A stretch of 64,000 nucleotides of DNA, taken from Deltaproteobacteria bacterium. Lineage in GTDB: Bacteria > UBA10199 > JACPAL01 > JACOUP01. Made by a program: the position numbers and the translations under genes. Numbering within the stretch: position 1 is the stretch's first letter; the number at the start of each line of letters is the position of its first letter. The stretch is taken from NCBI GenBank assembly GCA_016177765.1, contig JACOUP010000008.1, forward strand, positions 1,025,165 through 1,089,164, read 5' to 3'. The notes below the pieces were generated by a model. The model was not told the origin of the DNA. It made no database searches and saw nothing but the letters and a program-made list of their open reading frames with translations. Below, in pieces: positions 12,540-24,016 of the stretch.

Positions 12540-14831
12540 ATGCCGCCGATTGAAACCACCCAAGAGCTAGTGGCCCAGGCCTATGAGAGGATGGAGAAGA
12601 ACCTTGCAATAGTTCGCAAGCGGCTGGGGCGTCCTTTGAGCCTTGCCGAAAAAATTCTCTACGGTCATCTCGACAATCCGGAAAAAGAGGATTTGATTCC
12701 AGGGAAAAGTTTTCTCTCCCTCCGGCCGGATCGTGTGGCGATGCAGGATGCGACCGCCCAGATGGCGCTTTTGCAATTTATGTCGGCAGGGAGGCTCGAA
12801 ACCGCTGTCCCGACAACGGTCCACTGCGACCACCTGATTCGTGCGCATGCCGGGGCGGCGAGTGATCTCAAAACCGCCCTCACCGAAAACGAAGAAGTCT
12901 ATCATTTTCTCGAAAGTGCGTCTCAAAAACATGGGATCGGTTTTTGGAGGCCGGGATCCGGCATCATCCATCAGGTGGTTTTGGAAAACTACGCCTTTCC
13001 GGGGGGCCTCATGATCGGGACCGATTCCCACACGCCGAATGCGGGTGGGCTCGGAATGATCGCCTGCGGTGTCGGCGGGGCGGATGCGGTCGATGTGATG
13101 GCCGGCTTCCCCTGGGAGGTGCTTGCTCCGAAGAGAGTAGCGGTTCTCCTGACCGGCGAACTGAACGGCTGGACCTCCCCCAAGGATGTCATCCTCAAGG
13201 TCTGCGAAAAATTGACTGTCAAAGGGGGGACGAATAAAATTATTGAGTATATCGGGCTCGGTTGCGAATCGATCAGCTGTACGGGGAAGGGGACGATCAC
13301 CAACATGGGGGCGGAACTGGGGGCGACCACCTCCCTTTTTCCTTTTGACAAACGGATGGCCGACTATTTGAGGGCGACTGAGAGAAAAGAGATTGCGGGA
13401 CTGGCCGAAAAGCGAAAAACTCTCCTCCGGGCCGACCCGGAGGTGGAAAAGGACCCCGGAAAATATTTTGATGAACTGATCGAGATTGATCTGAATCGTC
13501 TGGAACCGCACGTTGTGGGACCCCATACGCCGGATCTGGCAAGACCGATCTCCGCACTGAGAGAGGAGGCCAAGGTCCAGGGGTATCCGTTGGCCCTCCG
13601 CTATTGTCTGATCGGGAGTTGCACCAATTCTTCCTATGAAGATATTGAGCGGTCGGCCGATATCGCCCGTCAGGCCGCGGCTCACGGGGCCAAGGTCAAA
13701 ACCCCCTTGCTGGTTACCCCCGGTTCGGAACAGGTCTTTGAAACGATCAAGCGGGACGGGCAGTTGGCGGCCCTCGAGGCGATTGGTGCGAAGGTCTTGG
13801 CCAATGCCTGCGGTCCCTGCATCGGTCAATGGAAGCGGGAGGATACCCAGGCCGGGGAGAAAAATTCCATTTTAACCTCTTATAATCGTAATTTTCCGAG
13901 ACGGAATGATGGGAATCCCGAAACTAACGCCTTTATCGGTTCCCCGGAACTGGTTGTCGCGATGGCACTCCAGGGGAGCCTTGATTTTAATCCCCTCACG
14001 GACGAATTGACGGCAGGGGCAAAAAAATGGCGGCTGATAGCCCCCGCCAAGGCAGACGATATCCCCAAAAAGGGGTTTGTTCGGGCCAGGTCCGGTTACC
14101 TCGCGCCGGCGAAGAATCCTTCATCAATTGAGGTCAAAATCAGGCCGGGGAGCGAGCGTTTGCAAAAGTTGGAGCCGTTTCCCGCCTGGGATGGGAAGGA
14201 TTTTGAAAAACTGCCGCTTCTTTTCAAGGCGAAGGGGAAATGCACGACGGATCATATCTCTCCGGCGGGGCCCTGGCTCAAATTCCGAGGGCATCTGGAT
14301 AACATCAGCAATAATATGTTTACCGGGGCGATCAGTGCCTTTACCGGCGAGGCGGGGAAGGGAAAAAATCTCCTGACGGGCGAAGGGGGAAAATCGTTTC
14401 CCGAGATTGCGCGCGACTACAAAAAGCGGGGAATCCGCTGGGTGGTGGTGGGGGACGAAAATTACGGGGAGGGGAGTTCCCGCGAACATGCCGCGATGAG
14501 CCCGCGGTTTCTGGGGTGTGCCACTGTCATCACCCGCAGTTTTGCCCGGATTCACGAAACAAACCTCAAAAAACAGGGGGTCCTGCCGCTCACTTTTGCG
14601 AATCCCGGTGATTACGACAAGGTCCAGGAAGAGGATCGGGTGAGTGTTATAGGGCTCTCTCAGTTAAAACCGGCCTGTCTGGTGACTGTTCTGTTGCATC
14701 ACAGGGATGGGAAAGAAGAAAAAATCGCCGCCCATCATTCCCTTTCTTTGGAACAGATCGCCTGGTTCAAGGCCGGTTCCGCTCTCAATCTCATTCGGAG
14801 TCGGCAGGGAGGGTGGTATGGCCGAGAATAA
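12540..14831 (+). CDS. acn: Aconitate hydratase (~760-aa mitochondrial-like type)
   Basis: N-terminus [29 protein letters not shown], Fe-S ligand cysteines, SRN swivel-domain motifs. ATG at 12540 avoids the overlap with the divergent gene. Confidence 0.85.
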   Translation: MPPIETTQELVAQAYERMEKNLAIVRKRLGRPLSLAEKILYGHLDNPEKEDLIPGKSFLSLRPDRVAMQDATAQMALLQFMSAGRLETAVPTTVHCDHLIRAHAGAASDLKTALTENEEVYHFLESASQKHGIGFWRPGSGIIHQVVLENYAFPGGLMIGTDSHTPNAGGLGMIACGVGGADAVDVMAGFPWEVLAPKRVAVLLTGELNGWTSPKDVILKVCEKLTVKGGTNKIIEYIGLGCESISCTGKGTITNMGAELGATTSLFPFDKRMADYLRATERKEIAGLAEKRKTLLRADPEVEKDPGKYFDELIEIDLNRLEPHVVGPHTPDLARPISALREEAKVQGYPLALRYCLIGSCTNSSYEDIERSADIARQAAAHGAKVKTPLLVTPGSEQVFETIKRDGQLAALEAIGAKVLANACGPCIGQWKREDTQAGEKNSILTSYNRNFPRRNDGNPETNAFIGSPELVVAMALQGSLDFNPLTDELTAGAKKWRLIAPAKADDIPKKGFVRARSGYLAPAKNPSSIEVKIRPGSERLQKLEPFPAWDGKDFEKLPLLFKAKGKCTTDHISPAGPWLKFRGHLDNISNNMFTGAISAFTGEAGKGKNLLTGEGGKSFPEIARDYKKRGIRWVVVGDENYGEGSSREHAAMSPRFLGCATVITRSFARIHETNLKKQGVLPLTFANPGDYDKVQEEDRVSVIGLSQLKPACLVTVLLHHRDGKEEKIAAHHSLSLEQIAWFKAGSALNLIRSRQGGWYGRE

Positions 14832-16170
14832 GGCAAAACTGGAGCGGGTTTTAGGACCCGTCATGCTCTGGGGATTAGGCGTTGGTTACGTCATCTCCGG
14901 CATGTATTTCGGGTGGAACCTCGGGCTCCCCCAAGGGGGGACTTTAGGCCTCGCCATTGCGACGCTTTTTATCACCCTGATGTATGTTACCTTTACCTTC
15001 GGCTATGCGGAACTAGCCTGCGCCATCCCGCGGGCGGGTGGGGCGTTCGATTATGCCAAGAGGGCCTTGGGACCAACTTGGGGTTTCGTCGGCGGTCTGG
15101 CGCAGATCATTGAATTCGTCTTTGCCCCACCGGCGATCGCCGCGGCAATAGGCGCCTATTTTCACCTCTTCTTCCCGCAGATTCCGGTTATCGGGATCGC
15201 CCTTTTTGTCTATCTTGTTTTTACGGCCCTGAACATCTATGGTGTTAAGGCGGCCGCTTCATTTGAATTGTGGATTACGATTTTTGCCGTGATCGAACTT
15301 TTGATTTTCGCCTGTATTACATTACCCCATCTGGAATGGAGTCATCTGACCCAAAACTCCCTGCCATTCGGTTATAAAGGGGTTTTTGCCGCGATCCCGT
15401 TTGCAATCTGGTTTTTTCTGGCGATTGAAGGGGTGGCCAACGTGGCGGAGGAGACGGTGAACCCCCAGAGAAATATTGTGTTAGGGTTCAGTTCGGCGAT
15501 GGGAACGCTTGTTGTCCTTTGTATCCTGACCTTTCTGGGCTCTGTCGGTGTGGGGGGCTGGGAGAGGATCGTTTATGCCGTGCCCGGGGCGATCCCATCG
15601 GCGGGGCCGATCCCATCGGATTCCCCCTTGCCCTTGGCCTTGGCGCAGGTTGTTGGACAAAATCATTTCTTCTATCACTTGCTGATCACGATCGGTCTTT
15701 TCGGTCTGATCGCCTCTTTTCATGGGATCATCCTGGCGGCTGGCCGGGCGACGTTCGAGTTCGGTCGTGTCGGTTATACCTTCCGTTCGCTGGGGGAAAC
15801 CCACCCCCGTTTCAGGACGCCGGCCAAGGCGCTTTTGGCGAATATGGGGGTCGGTATCTTGGCCCTTTTGACGGGAAAAACCGGGGAAATCATCACCCTC
15901 TCCTGTTTCGGGGCGTTGACCCTTTATATTATTTCCATGGTTTCCCTCTTTCAGTTGAGAAAGAGGGAACCCCAGCTCGCGCGTCCCTTCCGGACACCGG
16001 GGTATCCGCTCTTCCCGTTCATTGCTTTTTTGATTGCCTCTGTTTCTCTTTTGGCGATGATCTTCTATAACGTCAAACTGGCGCTGATCTATTTTTCGAT
16101 CATGGGAATTTTGGTCGCCGGTTTTCAGCTTTTTCGAAAAAGCGGCATCCTTGTTGAGGAGAACGGATGA
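14818..16170 (+). CDS. APC-superfamily amino acid / amine permease
   Basis: About 12 predicted TM helices; start MAENKAK overlaps the aconitase stop (translational coupling). Confidence 0.8.
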   Translation: MAENKAKLERVLGPVMLWGLGVGYVISGMYFGWNLGLPQGGTLGLAIATLFITLMYVTFTFGYAELACAIPRAGGAFDYAKRALGPTWGFVGGLAQIIEFVFAPPAIAAAIGAYFHLFFPQIPVIGIALFVYLVFTALNIYGVKAAASFELWITIFAVIELLIFACITLPHLEWSHLTQNSLPFGYKGVFAAIPFAIWFFLAIEGVANVAEETVNPQRNIVLGFSSAMGTLVVLCILTFLGSVGVGGWERIVYAVPGAIPSAGPIPSDSPLPLALAQVVGQNHFFYHLLITIGLFGLIASFHGIILAAGRATFEFGRVGYTFRSLGETHPRFRTPAKALLANMGVGILALLTGKTGEIITLSCFGALTLYIISMVSLFQLRKREPQLARPFRTPGYPLFPFIAFLIASVSLLAMIFYNVKLALIYFSIMGILVAGFQLFRKSGILVEENG

Positions 16171-17510
16171 AAACCAAAGAAGAGATTATTCGTGAACTTC
16201 GCGAGTATTCTTCCGGAAAGGTCAAACTGGCCATTGTTGATATCGACGGTGTCTTGAGGGGAAAGGTGATCCATCGGGACAAGGCCCTTTCAATCCTGGA
16301 AAAGAGTTTCGGTTTCTGCGATGTCGTCTTTGGGTGGGACATGCTGGATACCCTCTACGATAACGCCGATTTTACGGGGTGGCATACCGGTTACCCGGAT
16401 GCGAAGGCGAGGATCGATCTTTCGACCTATCGACGGGTCCCGTGGGATCATGAGATCCCATTTTTTCTGGCTGATTTCAGGAATGAGAAAGAGGAAGGGC
16501 TTGAAATCTGTCCCCGCAATCTTTTGAAAAAAATAATCCGGCAGGCGAGTGAGATCGGGTTTTCCCCAGTCTTCTCCCAGGAGTTTGAGTGGTTTAATTT
16601 CAAGTCGGGAGGGGCTGTCGGGGACCCGATCCCGATGACCGGTGGCATGTTTGGGTATTCGGTCCTCCGCGCTTCACAGAGGAGTCCTTTTTATAACGAC
16701 CTCTTTGATTTCATGGGGCGGTTTGGAATCCCGATTGAGGGGCTTCATACCGAGACCGGGCCCGGTGTCTATGAGGCGGCGATCCTTTACAGCGACGCCC
16801 TGGAGGCGGCCGATCGGGCGACCCTCTTCAAGACGGCTGTGAAAGAGATCGGGGCCCGTCACGGGATCACCCCCAGCTTTATGGCCAAGTGGAATGAAAC
16901 CCTCCCCGGTTGCGGCGGCCATCTTCACCAAAGCCTATGGGATGCCAAAAAGACGCAGAATGTTTTTTACGATGCCAGGGATCCGGACAGTATGAGTCCC
17001 TTGATGAAAAATTATCTCGCCGGGCAACTCCATTGCCTTCCTTACCTCATGCCAATGTTTGCCCCGGTCGTGAACAGTTACAAACGGCTTGTCGAAGGGG
17101 CCTGGGCCCCGACGACTGCGACCTGGGGGGTTGATAACCGGACGACCGCCGTTCGTGTCTTGAAAGGTTCCCCCGAGGCAACCCGGATTGAGTTTCGTGT
17201 CGTCGGTTCGGATGTGAACCCCTACCTCGCGATTGCGGCCTGTCTCGCCTCCGGTCTTTATGGGATCAGAAAGAAAATGGCTTTGACCATCCCGAAGACT
17301 GTTGGTAGTGGCTACTCCAACAAAGAGGCGGCGCCTTTGCCGAGGAATCTTCAAGAGGCGACCGTGGCGATGAAGAACTCGGAGATGGCCACCCAACTTT
17401 TTGGGGAAGTCTTTGTGAAACATTTCTGCCAGACCCGCGAGTGGGAGTGGCGGCAGTATTCCAAGGCGGTGACCGATTGGGAACTGAAGAGATACTTCGA
17501 GGTGATCTGA
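16167..17510 (+). CDS. Glutamine synthetase family protein (gamma-glutamyl-amine ligase, PuuA-like)
   Basis: 447 aa with a GS catalytic domain; 4-nt overlap with the permease stop. Confidence 0.8.
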   Translation: MKTKEEIIRELREYSSGKVKLAIVDIDGVLRGKVIHRDKALSILEKSFGFCDVVFGWDMLDTLYDNADFTGWHTGYPDAKARIDLSTYRRVPWDHEIPFFLADFRNEKEEGLEICPRNLLKKIIRQASEIGFSPVFSQEFEWFNFKSGGAVGDPIPMTGGMFGYSVLRASQRSPFYNDLFDFMGRFGIPIEGLHTETGPGVYEAAILYSDALEAADRATLFKTAVKEIGARHGITPSFMAKWNETLPGCGGHLHQSLWDAKKTQNVFYDARDPDSMSPLMKNYLAGQLHCLPYLMPMFAPVVNSYKRLVEGAWAPTTATWGVDNRTTAVRVLKGSPEATRIEFRVVGSDVNPYLAIAACLASGLYGIRKKMALTIPKTVGSGYSNKEAAPLPRNLQEATVAMKNSEMATQLFGEVFVKHFCQTREWEWRQYSKAVTDWELKRYFEVI

Positions 17511-18658
17511 TGGACTGGAACCAACGATACACGTTTAATTTTCCGACCCTCATCCGTTTTGGCAAAGGGGTGATTGAGGAGTTGGGACCGCACTTGAAAG
17601 AAAAGGGGGTTCGTCGTCCCCTCGTCGTGACTGATCCTGGTCTCGCCCTGCTTCCGCTGTTTCAAACAGTTATCGCCTCACTCAAAAAATCCGGTGTTGG
17701 GGTCGAAGTCTATTCCGGCATCCACAAGAACCCGGTCAAGAGCGATGTCCTGGGAGGGGTGGGTCAGTATAAAAAATCGGCTTGTGATGCCATCGTCGGG
17801 ATCGGCGGGGGGGCCTCGCTGGATGTGGCGCGGGCCATCGCCCTCAAGGTCAACCATGCGAGGGACCTTTTTGATTATGAAGACTCGCAAGGGGGAGAGC
17901 GGTTGGTCACCGGAGAGATCCCGTATTTTGTCGCCGTTCCGACGACCAGCGGCACCGGGAGCGAGGTCGGTCGGTCGACCGTCATTTCCGATGATGCCAC
18001 CCACGAGAAAAAGATCCTCTTTTCACCGAAACTGATGGCCAGAATAGTTTTTGCCGATCCGGGGCTCACGATGGAACTTCCCCCCGTCATCACGGCGGCG
18101 ACCGGAATGGATGCCCTGACCCATAACATGGAGTCTTACCTGGCCAGGGGGTTTCATCCAATCTGCGACGGAATCGCCCTGGAGGGGATCCGCCTGATTG
18201 GCGAGAGTTTTGTGAGGACGGTCAACAAGCCGGATCTGGAGTCCCGTAGCAAGATGATGGTGGCGGCTATGATGGGGGCTGTTGCCTTTCAGAAAGGGTT
18301 GGGGGTGGTGCATTCAACGGCCCACCCGCTCTCGACCCTTTTTGACCTCCATCATGGCCTGGCTAATGCCATCATGTTGCGCCATGGTGTTGCCTTCAAT
18401 GCCGATGTTTGTGAGGAGCGTCTGGCCAACATTGCCAAGGTCCTCAATCTTGCCGACCCGGGGAGCCAAACGCTCATCCGATACTTAGGAGAGTTGAACG
18501 AAAAGATTCATCTCCCGCTCCGCCTCTCTTCCCAGAAGGTGGGGGAGAAGGATGTCGGTCCTCTTTCACGGCTCGCTTTTCAGGATGTTTGCCATCAGTG
18601 CAATCCGAAACCGGTGACGGAGTCCGATTTTCAGAAAATCTACCGGGTGGCCCTATGA
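17510..18658 (+). CDS. Iron-containing (group III) alcohol dehydrogenase
   Basis: GGGSxxD and metal-binding His motifs; TGATG overlap with the upstream gene. Confidence 0.8.
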   Translation: MDWNQRYTFNFPTLIRFGKGVIEELGPHLKEKGVRRPLVVTDPGLALLPLFQTVIASLKKSGVGVEVYSGIHKNPVKSDVLGGVGQYKKSACDAIVGIGGGASLDVARAIALKVNHARDLFDYEDSQGGERLVTGEIPYFVAVPTTSGTGSEVGRSTVISDDATHEKKILFSPKLMARIVFADPGLTMELPPVITAATGMDALTHNMESYLARGFHPICDGIALEGIRLIGESFVRTVNKPDLESRSKMMVAAMMGAVAFQKGLGVVHSTAHPLSTLFDLHHGLANAIMLRHGVAFNADVCEERLANIAKVLNLADPGSQTLIRYLGELNEKIHLPLRLSSQKVGEKDVGPLSRLAFQDVCHQCNPKPVTESDFQKIYRVAL

Positions 18659-19425
18659 TTAAAATTGGTGTCTCCGCCTGTTTTCTCTACCCGGATCCCG
18701 GCCGGACGGTCTTCGGCCTGAAGACGCTGACCTATCTTGAAAGCGACATGGCCCGGTATCTCTCCAGACGCGGCATCTTGCCGATCCTGATCCCCAATCT
18801 GGCAGAGGAGAACCTGAAGGAATTTCTGGAGGCGATGGATGGTTTTGTCTTTCAGGGGGGGAGCGATATCGCCCCCCAGTCGTATGGTGAAGAGCCGATC
18901 AGGCAGGGAGGGGCCTCCAAGGGGCGGTGGCCCGGCGACCCGGAGAGAGATGCCTATGAACTGAAAATTTTAGACTATGCCGTCCGCCAGGACAAGCCGG
19001 TTCTGGGGATCTGCCGCGGTTGCCAGTTGATCAACGTCTATTTTGGCGGGACGCTTTATCAGGATATCGCTTCCCAAAAGGAAGGGGCCCTCGTTCATCG
19101 GGATGCGATGCGGTATGACCATGTCCACCACCGGATTGAGTGGAAGCCGGGAGGCCTTTTGGGCAAGGTTTACAAGGAGGACAAGGCGACGGAGGTCAAT
19201 TCGGTCCATCATCAGGGGATCAAGGATCTGGGCAAGGATCTTCTGGTGGAGGCGATCTCCCCGCAGGACCAGCTGGTGGAGGCGGTTTCCTACAAGAAGC
19301 CGGATGAAAAATTGGTGCTTGGCGTCCAGTGGCACCCGGAATTTTCGCATACCCTGAAGGATCAGGTGATCCGGCCGGAGCCTCTCTACGATTATTTTTT
19401 GAAAAAGGTGAAGGGTTCCGCTTAG
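18655..19425 (+). CDS. Class I glutamine amidotransferase-like gamma-glutamyl hydrolase (PuuD family)
   Basis: GICRGCQ nucleophile elbow and a His/Glu pair; ATGA overlap with the ADH stop. Confidence 0.8.
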   Translation: MIKIGVSACFLYPDPGRTVFGLKTLTYLESDMARYLSRRGILPILIPNLAEENLKEFLEAMDGFVFQGGSDIAPQSYGEEPIRQGGASKGRWPGDPERDAYELKILDYAVRQDKPVLGICRGCQLINVYFGGTLYQDIASQKEGALVHRDAMRYDHVHHRIEWKPGGLLGKVYKEDKATEVNSVHHQGIKDLGKDLLVEAISPQDQLVEAVSYKKPDEKLVLGVQWHPEFSHTLKDQVIRPEPLYDYFLKKVKGSA

Positions 19426-19430
19426 CGATC

Positions 19431-20813
19431 ATGAAGGTCTTTAATCCAGCCACAGAAGAGTTGATCCGGGAACTTTCCGAAGATTCCGCTGAAAGTTTGC
19501 GAAAAAAGGAATCAGTTTTACGGAGGGGGTGCTCCACCCAAGGTTTGGAGTCATGGCGGCAGGTTCCTTTGGAGGAGCGTATTCAGCGCCTGGCCCGATT
19601 TTCAGAAAAATTGGAAAAAAATAAAAAGGAACTGGCCCGCATTTTGACTAATGAGATGGGAAAGCCGATCCGGGAGTCTTTGAATGAGATTGCAGGGGCC
19701 AGGAGCCGCATCCAGTTTTTTCTGGACCACTCTGCAGAAATTCTAAAATCCAGGGTGGTGCATGAAGAGCCGGGGATGACCGAATCCCTTGAATTTGAAC
19801 CGTTGGGTGTTATCGCCAACATTTCCGCCTGGAACTATCCGTATCTTGTCGGTGTCAATGTTTTTGTCCCGGCGTTGATCGCCGGGAACGCTGTTCTCTA
19901 CAAGCCCTCTGAGTATGCCACATTAACCGGACTGGAAATCGCCCGGCTTTTGTGGGAATCGGGTGTGCCGGAATCGGCCTTTCAAATTGTGGTTGGAGGG
20001 GCTCCAGTCGGCCAGGCCCTTTTGGATCTCCCTCTGGATGGTTATTTCTTTACCGGTTCTTACCGGACCGGGCGGTTTATTGCCGGTGAAGTGGCGTCAA
20101 AGATGGTCCCCTTCGGGCTGGAGCTTGGCGGGAAGGACCCCCTCTATGTCGCCGAGGATGTCACGGATCTCGCCAAGGTTACCGCCGCGGCGGTCGAAGG
20201 GGTTTTTTACAACAACGGCCAGAGTTGTTGCGCCGTTGAAAGGATCTATGTCCACCAAAAAATTTATGATCGGTTTCTTGAAAATTTTTTAAAAGGGGTT
20301 GGCCGTCTCAAGGTTGGCAATCCGCTCGAGCCGGAGACGACCCAAGGGCCTCTGGCCCGCCCGGCCCATCTCCAGTTTCTCGAAAAACAGGTCCGGGAGG
20401 CGGTCGGCCAGGGGGCGAAGGTTTTGACCGGTGGCCGACGGTGGGGGAAGAAGGGGGGTTTTTTTGAACCGACTGTCTTGACTGAGGTGAATCACAAGAT
20501 GAGCCTCATGAAGGAAGAGACCTTTGGCCCTGTCATCGGGATCCAAAGAGTTTCGGGGGATGAAGAAGCGGTCCAACTCATGAATGATACCGAATATGGC
20601 CTCACCGCCTCCGTTTATTCCGGTAGTGAGGAGAGGGCCAAGAAGATTTTGAGACAGATCAATGCCGGGACCGGTTATTGGAATTGTTGCGATCGGGTTA
20701 GCCCCTACCTCCCGTGGTCCGGGCGGAAAAATTCAGGGATCGGTTCCACACTTTCATTCTTGGGGATACAGGCCTTTGTGAAACCCAAGGCGTACCACCT
20801 ACGTCTGCTCTAA
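19431..20813 (+). CDS. NAD(P)-dependent aldehyde dehydrogenase
   Basis: ALDH motifs ELGGKDP and catalytic Cys in NGQSCCAVE; 460 aa. Confidence 0.85.
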   Translation: MKVFNPATEELIRELSEDSAESLRKKESVLRRGCSTQGLESWRQVPLEERIQRLARFSEKLEKNKKELARILTNEMGKPIRESLNEIAGARSRIQFFLDHSAEILKSRVVHEEPGMTESLEFEPLGVIANISAWNYPYLVGVNVFVPALIAGNAVLYKPSEYATLTGLEIARLLWESGVPESAFQIVVGGAPVGQALLDLPLDGYFFTGSYRTGRFIAGEVASKMVPFGLELGGKDPLYVAEDVTDLAKVTAAAVEGVFYNNGQSCCAVERIYVHQKIYDRFLENFLKGVGRLKVGNPLEPETTQGPLARPAHLQFLEKQVREAVGQGAKVLTGGRRWGKKGGFFEPTVLTEVNHKMSLMKEETFGPVIGIQRVSGDEEAVQLMNDTEYGLTASVYSGSEERAKKILRQINAGTGYWNCCDRVSPYLPWSGRKNSGIGSTLSFLGIQAFVKPKAYHLRLL

Positions 20814-21803
20814 AAAATCCTTTTTATAAATTTTCACACAGGCGAGGAAAATGGCGACGATGATCGGGCCAACGAGCAGTCCCACCGGCCCCAAGGCCTG
20901 CAGGCCGCCGAAGATGGCGAGGAAGATCAAAAACGGGTGGATCCGCGTTTTCCCCTGGATGATGAGCGGCTTGATCAGGTTATCAATTCCCGAGATCAGC
21001 AGAGCCCCGTAGAGTCCGAGGAAAATCCCCATTCCCCACTGCTGGGTGAGAAGGAGATAGACCGTCACCGGGATCCAGATCCCGGCCGCCCCGATGATCG
21101 GGATGAAACTGGTGACGATCGTAGCCACCCCCAGGAGCGCGGCGATCGGGATCTTGGCGATTGTAAAGCCGATGCCGGCCAATATCCCCTGGGAGATGGC
21201 GGTCAGGATGTAGCCGTAAAGGCAGGCGTTCAGGGTGTTGCGGATCTCCCGGGAAAGGTGAGTCTCGTAGGATTCCTTGAGGGGGGAGAGGTGTAGCAAA
21301 TTTTCATAGAGTGCAGGTCCTTCAATAAACAGGAAAAAGACGAGGAGCAGTGTCAGGGCAAAATTGAGCAGGAACTGGGTGGTTTGCATCAGGAGTTTTG
21401 GCGAAAACTGGGAGACAAACTGGGCCCCCTGTTGCACCAGTTGGGGGAGGATCGCCTCCCACGAGATCGGAAGGTTGAACCGGTGGCTGTACTCCTTGAC
21501 GAGGGGGAGCCAGGCCTGCATCGTTTCCGGGAGGAAATGGGCGAGGGCGACCGCCTGTTCAATGACCAGGCTGATCACAAAGGCGACTGGAAAAATCAGG
21601 ACCAGCGCCAGAAACAGGGTGACGACGAATGAAGCGATCCAGCGGTGTCCCCGGAACAGCCGGTTGAGCGAGGCATAGAGCGGCCAGAGGCTGATGACGA
21701 ATGTTGCCGCCAGCAGGATGACGGAGAGAAAAGGGCGAAAGAGCCAGAGGACCGCCAGACAAAGGAAGGCGAGAAGGGTCAGAAACGAGATCCGTTCAGA
21801 CAT
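20799..21803 (-). CDS. AI-2E family (UPF0118) transporter / permease
   Basis: 334-aa polytopic protein with the characteristic TM pattern. Confidence 0.65.
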   Translation of the reverse strand: MSERISFLTLLAFLCLAVLWLFRPFLSVILLAATFVISLWPLYASLNRLFRGHRWIASFVVTLFLALVLIFPVAFVISLVIEQAVALAHFLPETMQAWLPLVKEYSHRFNLPISWEAILPQLVQQGAQFVSQFSPKLLMQTTQFLLNFALTLLLVFFLFIEGPALYENLLHLSPLKESYETHLSREIRNTLNACLYGYILTAISQGILAGIGFTIAKIPIAALLGVATIVTSFIPIIGAAGIWIPVTVYLLLTQQWGMGIFLGLYGALLISGIDNLIKPLIIQGKTRIHPFLIFLAIFGGLQALGPVGLLVGPIIVAIFLACVKIYKKDFLEQT

Positions 21804-21862
21804 TTAAGTTGCCATAACAATCAATATTCAGTATTGCAAGAAACAAGTGGCCTGATTCCCTT

Positions 21863-23860
21863 ATGCCCCAAGAACGGACCTTCTGGCAGAGTTGCAAGCG
21901 GCTCATCCTGGGGAGTGCCAGAAATCCCTACGACCATTCCGTCTTTCACAAGATGTCGCTCATCGCCTTTTTTGCCTGGGTTGGCCTCGGGGCGGACGGC
22001 CTCTCCTCTTCGGCGTACGGTCCCGAAGAGGCCTTCTTGGCCCTGCAAGGGCATCCCCATCTGGGGATTTTCGTCGCCCTTGCCTCGGCTATCACCATCT
22101 TTGTCATCAGCGCCAGTTATTCGCAGATCATCGAACTCTTCCCTTCCGGAGGCGGGGGCTATCTGGTTGCGAGCAAACTGCTCAATCCGACCTTGGGGAT
22201 GGTCTCCGGTTGCGCCCTGCTGATTGACTATGTCCTGACGATCTCGATTTCCGTGGCGAGCGGCGCGGACGCCCTGTTTAGCTTTCTGCCAGCGGCCTGG
22301 TATCCTTTCAAGCTGGAATTCGCCTTGGTTGCCCTTCTTGGAATGACCCTGCTCAATATGCGCGGTATTCGTGAATCGGTGGTGGTTTGGACCCCGATCT
22401 TTCTGATATTTGTCATCACTCATTTTTTTGCCATCGCCTACGCCATTGTGACGCATCTCTTTGATTTTCCCGGTGTCGTGCAGGCGACGGTGGAAACAAT
22501 CCAGAGGGGACAGGCCGAGATCGGCTTTTTGGGAATCCTGTTTCTGGTGATGAGGGCCTATAGCATGGGGGCCGGGACCTTCACCGGTATTGAGGCGGTC
22601 AGTAATGGTCTTCCGATCCTCCGCGAACCGAGGGTCCAGACTGGCAAGAAGACGATGAACTACATGGCGGTTTCACTCGCCCTGACCGTTGTCGGATTGA
22701 TGATTGCTTATCTCCTCTACAGTGTGGCTCCAGAACAGGGCAAGACCTTGAACGCCGTCCTTTTCAACAGGATCTCGGAGGCCTGGGGGGAAGGGATCGG
22801 CCGCACTTTTATTCTGACCGCTCTTGTTTCAGAGGCGTCGATCCTTTTTGTGGCGGCCCAGTCCGGTTTTCTGGATGGCCCGCGGGTTTTGTCCAACATG
22901 GCACTCGATCGCTGGTTTCCAACACGCTTTACGATGCTCTCCGACCGGTTGGTGACGCAAAACGGGATCCTTCTCATGGGGACTTCGGCCCTCGTGACGA
23001 TGGTCTTTACAGGGGGTTCAGTCAGGCTCCTGGTTGTCTTGTACAGTATTAACGTCTTTATTACCTTCGTCCTATCCCAATTGGGGATGGTTCGGCACTG
23101 GTGGCTCTTCCGTTCCAGGGAAAGGGTTTGGAAGAAGAAGATTCTGATTAGTGGTGTTGGGCTCGGGTTGACGGCGTTCATCCTCGTTTCGGTCACCCTG
23201 ATCAAGTTTTATGAAGGGGGCTGGATAACCCTGCTGGTGACGGGGGGATTGGTGACCTTGGTGGTTACTATCCGGCGCCATTATGATCAGGCGGGGAGGA
23301 TGCTCAAGAGGTTGGACAGTCTTGTTGAGGCGGCGGAGGCGACTACCACCAAGACAGACCCGACCCTAGCCCGAAAGAGGTCATCCGGGGAGACCCTCGA
23401 CCCGCAGGCCAAGACCGCCGTATTTCTGGTAAACGGCTTTAACGGACTGGGTCTTCATACCCTCTTTAGCGTGATCCGTCTCTTTGGAGAGGTTTTCAAG
23501 AATTATCTCTTTATCCAGGTGGGTGTCATCGATGCCGGTGTCTTCAAGGGGGAGGCGGAGATTGCCCAATTGGAGGCCAAGGTCAAGAGGGAGACGGAAC
23601 GGTATGTCGCCTTCATGAAGCGGCACGGATACAACGCGGAGGCGGTTTCGTCTCTGGGGACCGATGTGGTGGAACAGGTTGCCGGTCTGATGCCAAAGGT
23701 CATGGAGCGTTTTCCGGAGGCGGTCATCTTTGGGGGGCAGTTGGTCTTCCCGCACGATTCCTTCTTTTCCCGCTGGCTCCACAACTACACGATCTTTGCG
23801 GTCCAGCGACGGTTCTATAATCAGGGGATTCCGGTCGTGATCCTGCCGATTAGATTATAA
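21863..23860 (+). CDS. APC-family transporter with ~200-aa C-terminal cytoplasmic domain
   Basis: 12 TM N-terminal part plus a soluble tail. True start may be the later Met at 21953. Confidence 0.6.
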   Translation: MPQERTFWQSCKRLILGSARNPYDHSVFHKMSLIAFFAWVGLGADGLSSSAYGPEEAFLALQGHPHLGIFVALASAITIFVISASYSQIIELFPSGGGGYLVASKLLNPTLGMVSGCALLIDYVLTISISVASGADALFSFLPAAWYPFKLEFALVALLGMTLLNMRGIRESVVVWTPIFLIFVITHFFAIAYAIVTHLFDFPGVVQATVETIQRGQAEIGFLGILFLVMRAYSMGAGTFTGIEAVSNGLPILREPRVQTGKKTMNYMAVSLALTVVGLMIAYLLYSVAPEQGKTLNAVLFNRISEAWGEGIGRTFILTALVSEASILFVAAQSGFLDGPRVLSNMALDRWFPTRFTMLSDRLVTQNGILLMGTSALVTMVFTGGSVRLLVVLYSINVFITFVLSQLGMVRHWWLFRSRERVWKKKILISGVGLGLTAFILVSVTLIKFYEGGWITLLVTGGLVTLVVTIRRHYDQAGRMLKRLDSLVEAAEATTTKTDPTLARKRSSGETLDPQAKTAVFLVNGFNGLGLHTLFSVIRLFGEVFKNYLFIQVGVIDAGVFKGEAEIAQLEAKVKRETERYVAFMKRHGYNAEAVSSLGTDVVEQVAGLMPKVMERFPEAVIFGGQLVFPHDSFFSRWLHNYTIFAVQRRFYNQGIPVVILPIRL

Positions 23861-23949
23861 TGTTATTTATTCATGAGTTCGCCTGGTGCCTGGCACCAGA
23901 CCCCCCCTTTGGTGCCAGGCACGCGTGCAACTTGTTGATTTAGAAAATA

Positions 23950-23986
23950 AAAAACCCCCTCGGTCATCCCGAGGGGGTTTTAATTT
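23950..23986. terminator. Bidirectional rho-independent terminator between convergent genes
   Basis: CCCCCTCGG-tcatc-CCGAGGGGG stem-loop flanked by A-run and T-run. Confidence 0.7.
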
Positions 23987-24016
23987 GTAGGGGCGCCGCT
24001 TGAGGCGCCTCGGACA

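Noticed and set aside
12567-13829. 420-aa ORF on the minus strand antisense to aconitase
   Set aside because: A shadow ORF typical of high-GC DNA. It lies entirely inside a well-supported conserved gene, is Arg/Pro/Gly-rich with low complexity, and has no start context.
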